From assembly GCF_002310835.1 (NCBI RefSeq), contig NZ_CP011041.1, positions 2,640,001 to 2,672,000 of the forward strand: a stretch of 32,000 nt of DNA. The letters run 5' to 3'. The notes beneath the pieces were generated by a model. That model saw only the letters and a list, made by a program, of their open reading frames with translations. It was not told where the DNA came from and did no database searches. The position numbers and the translations under genes were made by a program. How positions within the stretch are numbered: the stretch's first letter is position 1; each line of letters starts with the position of its first letter. This document shows positions 7,619-14,678 of this stretch, piece after piece. This DNA is from Pseudoalteromonas tetraodonis. GTDB lineage: Bacteria; Pseudomonadota; Gammaproteobacteria; Enterobacterales; Alteromonadaceae.

Positions 7619-8875
7619 TTAGTGGTTATGCGGATCAAATCCGCCTTTAGCGATTTCAGAAGCAACAAAAAATGCGCCTTTGGTTACAATTCGCGTCCCA
7701 CTATCAAGGCCAATGATTTCCCTAAAATCACCTAAGGCTCGGCCTAGTTCTACTTCTACAGCTTTAAATTCTCCAGGGTGGTCTTCGACAAATACGGTCC
7801 AATCACCATCTGCGCTGCGGATCAATGCTTCTTCTGGCACAGCCATCACTTTCTGCTTTGTGGCAAACTGAAAGTAAACTTTTACAAACATACCTGAATG
7901 AAGGTTATCATCAGCATTCTGTACCCCCAATCTAATAATTCTTGTACGAGTTACGGGATCAATTGTATGGGCTTCTTGGATAACTTTGGCATTGTAACTC
8001 TGGCCTTCTAATTTAAGTACCGCAGGAGAATCAATTGATAAATTTAGCTTTTTATTTGGAGAAACTTTTGCTTCAACCCATAGTTGTTTTTCATCAGCTA
8101 ACAACATGACTGAATCCCCAGCATCAACACGTTGCCCTTGGATAAAGTCGTCTTGAAGCACGACACCTTCACGGTGCGCCGTTAATGCATATTGTCCAAA
8201 TGCTTTAATGTCTTTGTTAGAAATACCATTTATTGCTTTTTCAGTTAACCCTAAAGCAATGAGCTTGCCATAGCTCGCATTGTATGTTGTTTCAGCTTGT
8301 AATAATCGACTTTCACTCACCGTCTTATTACCCAGCTTTTTTACACGTTGCCATTCGGTTGAAGCGATTAAATAGTCAGCTTGTGCTTGTGCCATTGCTT
8401 CACTAAATAATGTAACTAACTTCTGACCTATTTCTACATACTCGCCAAGCGCTGCATGGCGACTGATAATGACTGACTCTGTACGTGGTGATACCACATA
8501 ACTTTTATAGCCATTAGCTTTTATTTCGCCAGGTGCATATACGGAGCTAAATTGATATTCAGGCTTAACACTTTCCACTTTAATGTTAGCAAGCGACATC
8601 TTCTTTGGATCAATAGTGATACCTTCTTCATGTCCTTCTTCTCCCTCTTTATTACCACCTTCATGGCCGTGCTCGTCATGGTCACCTTTATCTTCTTCAT
8701 GTCCCTTTTCGTGTTCATGCTCATCTTGATGTTCTTTTTCTTCTTGTTTCGAAACGTTTGTGACAGAACCAGTTCCATCTGACGACTGTGCAAAAGCATC
8801 ATGATTTGTAGTAAACCCAACTAACAGGCAGCTAATTACTACGGCTAAAAATTTTTTACTAATTACTGTATTCAT
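7619..8875 (-). CDS. czcB: Efflux RND periplasmic adaptor (CzcB/CusB family) with a His/Glu/Asp-rich N-terminal tract
   Basis: 418-aa ORF with a signal peptide. The low-complexity tract EEKEHQDEHEHEKGHEEDKGDHDEHGHEGG is followed by membrane-fusion-protein barrel and lipoyl-like regions. It is 11 nt upstream of czcA. Confidence 0.85.
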   Translation of the reverse strand: MNTVISKKFLAVVISCLLVGFTTNHDAFAQSSDGTGSVTNVSKQEEKEHQDEHEHEKGHEEDKGDHDEHGHEGGNKEGEEGHEEGITIDPKKMSLANIKVESVKPEYQFSSVYAPGEIKANGYKSYVVSPRTESVIISRHAALGEYVEIGQKLVTLFSEAMAQAQADYLIASTEWQRVKKLGNKTVSESRLLQAETTYNASYGKLIALGLTEKAINGISNKDIKAFGQYALTAHREGVVLQDDFIQGQRVDAGDSVMLLADEKQLWVEAKVSPNKKLNLSIDSPAVLKLEGQSYNAKVIQEAHTIDPVTRTRIIRLGVQNADDNLHSGMFVKVYFQFATKQKVMAVPEEALIRSADGDWTVFVEDHPGEFKAVEVELGRALGDFREIIGLDSGTRIVTKGAFFVASEIAKGGFDPHNH

Positions 8876-8939
8876 TTTTGTAACCTATATTTTTAATAAA
8901 TTTAAGATTTCGTTTTTCGCTACTGAAAAAACAAAGCGC

Positions 8940-10157
8940 TCAAATCTCAAATTTGGATAACTGACCCATACTTAAAATGAAGGATATTTCTGCAAGCTTG
9001 AATTGATTTTCCAAACGTATTCCTGCATGAAGCCCTTCCGCACGTTGATTTAATGCAAGTAAGTAGTCAGAAGTATTAATGTCACCAGCTTCCCAGCGCT
9101 TATTTAATAAGTTTTCGCTGCTATCTAATCTGCCTTTTGTCAGTTTTTGCCATTGCTCATAATATTTTTTACTGACAATAAGCGATTCATAATTAGCTTT
9201 TGCTTCAAATGACTGCTTTCGATAAACCGACCGAAAGTTAGCCTCTGCTGCAATTGCTTCTGAATAAGCGGCTTTAACAGTATCTGAATAGTTATTTCTG
9301 ATATTTAAAGGCATTGAGAAAGTCACGCCAATCAAGTCTTCATCTCCACTTTTCCCTGCGTTAACTCCAATGGTTGGATTGGCTTTAGATTCCATAGTGG
9401 TTAGTTGAGCTTTAGATTGTTTTATCTTCCATTGCGCTCTAGCGAGTTTAACTTTTGGATGTTCCTCAACCCACTGAGAGTTAAATGAATAGTTTGTTGC
9501 TCCAAAAGTAAATGAAAACAAATTGGTAGTATTAGGCGTCCAATCAGGCAATAACTCCTGAACATTTACCTCTGCATTTTTCAAAGCAATTTGCGACTCA
9601 GATATTTCACTGAAAACTTGGGACAAGTTTAAATAAACCAGTTCAGCGTCAAGTGGCTCTAAAAGTCCTGCTTTTCGCTTATCTTCAATAATTCCAACGA
9701 GCGTTTGTAATTGATTTTCTCTTACTGAAAGTAACTGAGCCACCTTTTTTGCTGCTTGCCAATTAACTATTGCAGTTAAAGCGTTAGCCTTTTTAGAATC
9801 GAGTAGAGATAACAATTGTTGCTGGTTTGCATAAACACCAATTTCACCAATGCTTTTATTTGCTGATTGCTTATCCCAAAAATCAATCGTTTGACTGATA
9901 CCAATAGAATAATTATCAAAATCACCCTCTTTTTCATAGCTTGCTTCAAGCTCTGGGTTATATACGGCTTTAGTTAAGCTCTTGGCTCTATGATTACTTG
10001 CATTAAGTAACTCTTTAGCCGCAACAACTTCGGGATCTTTATTTATTTGACTATCTAGCCATGAAATACTTTTCTGTTTGGCATAAGTGGCAACTGAAAA
10101 ACTCACAGCCATACATAAAGACAGGACTAAACCTGCATTTTTTAAATATATATACAT
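8940..10157 (-). CDS. czcC: TolC-family outer-membrane efflux protein (CzcC-like)
   Basis: 405-aa ORF with a signal peptide and two repeated coiled/OEP-like halves. It is the first gene of the CBA trio. Confidence 0.8.
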   Translation of the reverse strand: MYIYLKNAGLVLSLCMAVSFSVATYAKQKSISWLDSQINKDPEVVAAKELLNASNHRAKSLTKAVYNPELEASYEKEGDFDNYSIGISQTIDFWDKQSANKSIGEIGVYANQQQLLSLLDSKKANALTAIVNWQAAKKVAQLLSVRENQLQTLVGIIEDKRKAGLLEPLDAELVYLNLSQVFSEISESQIALKNAEVNVQELLPDWTPNTTNLFSFTFGATNYSFNSQWVEEHPKVKLARAQWKIKQSKAQLTTMESKANPTIGVNAGKSGDEDLIGVTFSMPLNIRNNYSDTVKAAYSEAIAAEANFRSVYRKQSFEAKANYESLIVSKKYYEQWQKLTKGRLDSSENLLNKRWEAGDINTSDYLLALNQRAEGLHAGIRLENQFKLAEISFILSMGQLSKFEI

Positions 10158-10240
10158 AAAAATTCTTAATTTTAAAATTAATAAACACGAAACCTTTATC
10201 CATTATTAAAGGATAAATAGGTCATTAAAAATTAATCTAA

Positions 10241-10600
10241 TTAAGAAATGGGCGGACGAAGTATCGCTTCAAGAAAGGTACTTGTTTGATCAATTTGATA
10301 AGGCGTTTTATTGATAATGTTTAGTTTGCCCGTGGTATTTGAATTACTGACTAAAATCCAAGATAAGTGGCTGCCACTGCAATGTCCGCAGTGATGACAA
10401 TCTTTTTCATTATGCTGCTCATCACCTACATTATCATTTGAGACATTTCGATCATCTGCATGATCATGTTGAATTTGAAGGTGCTCTATATCTATTTGGT
10501 GATTCTCAGGTGTTGCGGATACAACAGCAGTTAACGATTGCAAAACAATCGAAACGACTAATAGTATTTTTAACGCAACATTGAATTTCAAAATAAACAC
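10241..10600 (-). CDS. Small secreted Cys/His-rich protein (CzcI-like position upstream of czcC)
   Basis: 119-aa ORF (GTG at 10600). TTG at 10591, preceded by AGGTG, would give an MKFNVALKILLVV signal peptide. The mature part contains HDHADD and DCHHCGHCSGSH. The start codon is uncertain. Confidence 0.5.
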   Translation of the reverse strand: MFILKFNVALKILLVVSIVLQSLTAVVSATPENHQIDIEHLQIQHDHADDRNVSNDNVGDEQHNEKDCHHCGHCSGSHLSWILVSNSNTTGKLNIINKTPYQIDQTSTFLEAILRPPIS

Positions 10601-10646
10601 CTACTTAAATATGAAAAATTATAATATCAAAAAAAGGTTTTCTAAA

Positions 10647-11549
10647 CTAGCCATGCGCATGTTTTTCATGCTCGTCACGGCAAGTTTCTTGAGGAAACTC
10701 AAACTCAATGGTTGTATGAGATAAATTATAAGAAGAAAGTTCCTTAGCCACTTGTTGTTTTAGCCTAATTAATTTATCAACCTCAAAGTTATGGGCTAAC
10801 TCTAGGTGAGCAGTTAATACGTGACTTTCCCCGTCTAATGACCAAAAGTGCATATGATGAATCCCATTAATTTCAGGTATAGCCTTTATCGCTTTTTCAA
10901 TATTATTCTGCACTTCTTCATCAGGTGTAGCTTGAAGAAATAGTGCCAATGTTGTTTTCAGGTTTTTCAAAACGTTAAACAATATAAACAGTGTAAAGCC
11001 TATAGAAAGCAAAGGATCTAATATTGGTAGATCTACAAAAAGCAGCACGATAGAAACAATTAGGACTGCAACCCAGCCAAGTACGTCTTCAAGCAAATGC
11101 CACGTAAGTACTTTTTCGTTCAGCGTTTTACCCGCTTTTAGTTTAAATACTGCATACCCATTAACAGCAACCCCAAGTAATGCAAGACCCAACATTCCTT
11201 CAGCCATTGGCATTTCAGGATTAGATAATCTTGGTATTGCTTCAAATAGCACCCAGACAGAACCAATAACTAATACAATACTGTTAATTAATGCGCCAAA
11301 CAGGGTAAGACGACGATAGCCATAGCTAAATCTATCGGATGCTTCTTTATCCGAGAAACGACTCAGTATCCAAGCGAATCCTATAGATAAACTGTCACCC
11401 AGGTCATGTACAGCATCAGCCATAATAGCGGTACTGTTGGTTAGCCAACCACCAATAAATTCGATAATAGTAAATGAAACATTAAGGAAAAATGTCCAAC
11501 CTATACGGTCGTCTTTTCCATGCGAATGGCTATGGCTATGATTGTGCAT
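10647..11549 (-). CDS. czcD: Cation diffusion facilitator (CzcD/ZitB-type Zn/Co/Cd efflux)
   Basis: The track ORF begins at a TTG (11561). ATG at 11549 is preceded by GAGGTGG and gives MHNHSHSHSHGKDD. CDF signatures ADAVHDLGDS and HLLEDVLGW are present, together with a C-terminal cytoplasmic domain and a His-rich tail. Confidence 0.85.
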   Translation of the reverse strand: MHNHSHSHSHGKDDRIGWTFFLNVSFTIIEFIGGWLTNSTAIMADAVHDLGDSLSIGFAWILSRFSDKEASDRFSYGYRRLTLFGALINSIVLVIGSVWVLFEAIPRLSNPEMPMAEGMLGLALLGVAVNGYAVFKLKAGKTLNEKVLTWHLLEDVLGWVAVLIVSIVLLFVDLPILDPLLSIGFTLFILFNVLKNLKTTLALFLQATPDEEVQNNIEKAIKAIPEINGIHHMHFWSLDGESHVLTAHLELAHNFEVDKLIRLKQQVAKELSSYNLSHTTIEFEFPQETCRDEHEKHAHG

Positions 11550-12267
11550 TTTCCACCTCAAGAACTTTTAAATTTCTTACATTGACTACGTTAAAATTGA
11601 TAAAGTGACGGATCACTCGTTGATACATCCAACGTTTGATTCCTGATAAGTTAGTTCCTTTTTCGAGATAAAACTCATCAGGGGAATTATAAACACCAAA
11701 ATCATCATGAATACCTTCTTTTTGTATATAGGTATCTTGACCACGCCAATCTGTATCTGGCGAAGAGAAACACTTTGTTGCAACACCATAACCACAAAAT
11801 TCGTTTTTTATTTGACTAAATTTGTGCTGTAGTGAACTTAAATATTGTTCATCTAATATAAAGCCTTCTAAGTTTATCCAACGATCCTTGAAATAAACTT
11901 CAATCCAACTATGAATGATATATTTAGGTGCTAACCAAAATACATAAGTTGGAATAGCTCCTTTTTGTAATCGCTGCTCAATAGTAAAGCCGTGAAAACG
12001 ACATTGAATACCTAATCCTCGTAACAAAGCCATCAGCAAGTTACCCTTGGTATTGCATTGTCCGTAACCATCGGCTAAAACACTGCTTGCTGAAATATCA
12101 TCACTCTCATTGTAACCAAATAATATTTCATCTTTAACAAATTGGTAGGCTGCACCAATTTTGTTGAAGTCATCGAGTTCTTGCCAATTACGCTCAGAAA
12201 TTAATGATTGAATTGTAGAGTGTTCAAAATTTACTATCTTGGTTTTTTCTAGATATTTGCTATTCAT
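11536..12267 (-). CDS. Transglutaminase-like (Cys-His-Asp) superfamily protein
   Basis: ATG at 12267 is preceded by AAGGAAACA; the track ORF extends further upstream to 12342. It contains GYGQCNTKGNLLMALLRGLG (catalytic Cys context) and HSWIEVYFKDRWINLEGFILD (His/Asp context). The 3' end overlaps the czcD start by 14 nt. Confidence 0.65.
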   Translation of the reverse strand: MNSKYLEKTKIVNFEHSTIQSLISERNWQELDDFNKIGAAYQFVKDEILFGYNESDDISASSVLADGYGQCNTKGNLLMALLRGLGIQCRFHGFTIEQRLQKGAIPTYVFWLAPKYIIHSWIEVYFKDRWINLEGFILDEQYLSSLQHKFSQIKNEFCGYGVATKCFSSPDTDWRGQDTYIQKEGIHDDFGVYNSPDEFYLEKGTNLSGIKRWMYQRVIRHFINFNVVNVRNLKVLEVENAQS

Positions 12268-12322
12268 TGATGTTTCCTTACTTTGAACAACCAAAGGTTG
12301 ATTGTTTATCTTCATTTGGTGT

Positions 12323-12937
12323 TTAACGTGTTTTCTCAGCAACAGCTAATTCTTGTTTAGCATCGCTTAGTATTCGGTAAGCGCCTCGAAGAATTAACAT
12401 TGAAATGATGCTACCAATGACGATATCAGGCCAACGCTGTTTCAGCACCATAACGAGTATGCCTGCGATAACGACACCAAGATTTGCAATTACATCATTC
12501 GCTGAAAATATCCAGCTAGCTCTCATATGTACTTCATCGTTGTTGTGCTTTCGAATAAGGATGAGACAAATCACATTTGCAACTAAAGCAACCATGCCTA
12601 CGCCAATCATAAACCAAGAGTGAGGCTCACTTTCACCATACAGCCTTCTAGCAATATCCATTAGAATTAGCACGCCTAACCCCAGTTGGAAATAGCCACT
12701 CACTAAAGCAGCATTAGCCTTATGTTGGATTGACTTTCCCACCGCGTATAGTGCAATTGCATAGACGATTGCATCCGCTAGCATGTCTAACGAATCTGCA
12801 ATTAAAGCCGTTGATTCTGATAACCAACCAAAGCCAATTTCAAAAACAAACATCGAGGCATTGATAGCCAGAAGCCAATAAAGCACCGTTTTTTGCTGGT
12901 TATCTTTTAGCTCAACTTCACACCCACAATCGCTCAT
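12323..12937 (-). CDS. CDF-related cation transporter, membrane domain only, with an N-terminal CGC motif
   Basis: About 204 aa. The second ATG (12937) has GGAG at ideal spacing. The N-terminus is MSDCGCEVE, and the CDF-like motif ADSLDMLADAIVY lies in TM2. It has six predicted TM segments and no C-terminal cytoplasmic domain. Confidence 0.7.
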   Translation of the reverse strand: MSDCGCEVELKDNQQKTVLYWLLAINASMFVFEIGFGWLSESTALIADSLDMLADAIVYAIALYAVGKSIQHKANAALVSGYFQLGLGVLILMDIARRLYGESEPHSWFMIGVGMVALVANVICLILIRKHNNDEVHMRASWIFSANDVIANLGVVIAGILVMVLKQRWPDIVIGSIISMLILRGAYRILSDAKQELAVAEKTR

Positions 12938-12966
12938 TTTCATCTCCGATTAACTTGTATGCTCTA

Positions 12967-12997
12967 ACTATAAATCCTATAGTGACTATAGGGTCAA
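12967..12997 (-). promoter_or_regulatory. MerR-type (CadR/PbrR/ZntR-like) promoter-operator for the minus-strand metal efflux string
   Basis: On the minus strand the order is TTGACC (-35, 12997-12992), a 19-bp spacer, then TATAGT (-10, 12972-12967). The spacer contains the perfect 17-bp palindrome CCTATAGT-C-ACTATAGG (12976-12992). Confidence 0.75.
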
Positions 12998-13014
12998 GTT
13001 TATTTGGAAATTTT

Positions 13015-13404
13015 ATGAAAATTGGTGAGTTATCGAAAACATCGGGGTATTCAGTACAAACCATCCGATATTATGAAAAGGAGGGCTTGCTGTCAGATCC
13101 TGATCGCACTGAAGGGAATTTCAGGTTGTATTCTAATAAGGCATTTAAAGAGCTAGAGTTCGTAAAGCATTGTCGAAGTTTAGATATTCCGCTTAATGAT
13201 ATTAAGCGACTCATTGAATTAAAAAACAAGCCAGAGGAGAGTTGCTCTAGTGTAAATGCATTAATTGATCGGCAACTAACTTTAGTTAATCAACGAATGA
13301 AGGAATTGAATGCACTCAAAAAAGAGTTAAAACTAATGGCAAGCTCTTGCGGGTCTGACGGTACAATTGAAGTCTGTGGCATTATCAAGTCATTAGATAG
13401 TTGA
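13015..13404 (+). CDS. MerR-family metal-responsive regulator (Cd/Pb/Zn type: CadR, PbrR or ZntR-like)
   Basis: ATG at 13015 gives MKIGELSKTSGYSVQTIRYYEKEGLL (MerR HTH). Cysteines are spaced ESC...SSCGSDGTIEVC (C-x8-C near the C-terminus). It is divergent from the palindromic operator. Confidence 0.8.
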   Translation: MKIGELSKTSGYSVQTIRYYEKEGLLSDPDRTEGNFRLYSNKAFKELEFVKHCRSLDIPLNDIKRLIELKNKPEESCSSVNALIDRQLTLVNQRMKELNALKKELKLMASSCGSDGTIEVCGIIKSLDS

Positions 13405-13446
13405 ACTAAATATAACTTTAGATTAGTAGTATTCACAAAGGCAATA

Positions 13447-13824
13447 ATGAAAACCATTGGCAAATTAGCACAATCATTAAATTTAAATGTAGAAACCATT
13501 CGTTTTTATGAACGAGAAGGACTGATTACACAACCTGAAAAACCAATATCTGGTTATAGACAATATGACGAATCAATAGCAGGACAACTTAGGTTTATCA
13601 CAAAAGCCAAAGCGCTCGGCTTTACGTTAAGAGAAATAAAATCGCTAATGTCTATGGACAGCAACTGCGCTCAAGTTGAGCTATTAAACCGACAAAAGTT
13701 AGCAATCATTCGAGACAAAATTAATGACCTTCAACGTTTAGAGAAAGTAATTGTGGGTATGACAAATACCTGTATGCAAAACGAAGATCCAACACATTGC
13801 CCCATAATTGACTCATTAAAATGA
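13447..13824 (+). CDS. merR: Hg(II)-type MerR regulator
   Basis: 125 aa with HTH KLAQSLNLNVETIRFYEREGL. Three cysteines match the MerR Hg-ligand pattern: NC..., then TC-x8-C in NTCMQNEDPTHCPIIDSL. The last block aligns with the SCPLIASL block of Tn21 MerR. Confidence 0.8.
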   Translation: MKTIGKLAQSLNLNVETIRFYEREGLITQPEKPISGYRQYDESIAGQLRFITKAKALGFTLREIKSLMSMDSNCAQVELLNRQKLAIIRDKINDLQRLEKVIVGMTNTCMQNEDPTHCPIIDSLK

Positions 13825-13856
13825 TTGACTCCGTACTTGTATACGGAGTTTAGAAT
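13825..13856 (+). promoter_or_regulatory. mer operator/promoter (merO/P-like)
   Basis: TTGACT (-35, 13825-13830) is followed by the dyad TCCGTAC-TTGT-ATACGGA (13830-13847). This differs by one base from the Tn21/Tn501 merO dyad TCCGTAC-N4-GTACGGA. The -10 is TAGAAT (13851-13856, 20-bp spacer) or TTAGAA (19-bp spacer). Confidence 0.75.
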
Positions 13857-13885
13857 GATGGTAATATCAACCAATAGACTTTCAA

Positions 13886-14328
13886 ATGATAAATAAAATA
13901 TTAGACAGAGTAGGCTCTAGTGGCGTTTGGCTAGCGGCACGGCCTGCCTCCCTGCATTAAGGTCACTTGCATCGGCATTAGGACTAGGCTTCTTCTCTCA
14001 CTTCGAAGGAATAGCTGTAAATACGCTTTTACCTATTTTTGCATCTTTGGAACTATTGGTAAACTTATACAACTGGCACAAAAATAAAAACCATACCAGA
14101 GCTGTCTTCAGCATTCTAGGGCCTGTAGCAGTGCTATTAACGCTTTATCCTCTTTGGCTATATGATTGGAGCACATACCTATTTTACTTTGGTATTTGCT
14201 TAATGGTCGTTATGTCGGTTTTGGATATCGTAAAACCAGTAAGGGAGCAAACATGCAACGTATGGCTAATTGCCGTCGTTGAAACGATTAACGGTCAATG
14301 TCTGCTTTTCGCTCAAAGCTGCCCTTAG
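13886..14328 (+). pseudogene. merC: MerC-family membrane protein gene, apparently frameshifted after about 14 codons
   Basis: ATG at 13886 encodes MINKILDRVGSSGV and then hits a stop at 13958-13960. The rest (ASGTACLPALRSLASALGLGFFSHFEG...) is in another frame starting near 13927. Both parts align to Tn21 MerC (IADKTGALGSVVSAMGCAACFPALASFGAAIGLGFLSQYEG). One extra T in the TTT run at 13926-13928 would restore a continuous frame. Confidence 0.6.
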
Positions 14329-14623
14329 AGCATTTACGTTAACTCGTTTTGGGGCAAAGGCGAGTTACATTTATAACTTGCCTCTGGACAAAAATGATTT
14401 TGATCGACCGTCTGCTGATCGCTCACTGCCGAACTTCGTAAAAGTGCCACTTTGAGTCGTTCAGTTTAATTCTTTGCTCAACTAATAAAAACTAATTAAC
14501 AGACGTTTTACCTAATTCATTTAGGTCAGTGGCTTAGCTCTCCAATTGACCAACTGCGGTATTGTACTAGCAGTTATACTTCTAACTAACACTACTCATA
14601 ACTCATTTTTTCGAAAATATCTG

Positions 14624-14668
14624 TTGTCACCACAACATAATAAATTTATTATATAATAAATTTATTAT
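14624..14668 (+). promoter_or_regulatory. ars promoter with two abutting perfect 16-bp palindromes (candidate ArsR operator)
   Basis: TTGTCA (14624-14629), a 17-bp spacer, then TATTAT (14647-14652). ATAATAAATTTATTAT occurs at 14637-14652 and again at 14653-14668, and each copy is its own reverse complement. The GGAG RBS follows at 14669. Confidence 0.55.
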
Positions 14669-14678
14669 GGAGCATTTC

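Noticed and set aside
8521-8820. ORFs 8521-8820 (-) and 8552-8782 (+) overlapping the czcB 5' region.
   Set aside because: They are generated by the low-complexity His/Glu/Asp-coding tract. The translations are Lys/Met or Phe-rich nonsense.
14270-14455. 61-aa ORF in the merC-ars junction.
   Set aside because: It overlaps the MerC-family 3' end in another frame and has no RBS and no recognisable similarity. The region looks like non-coding junction or relic sequence.
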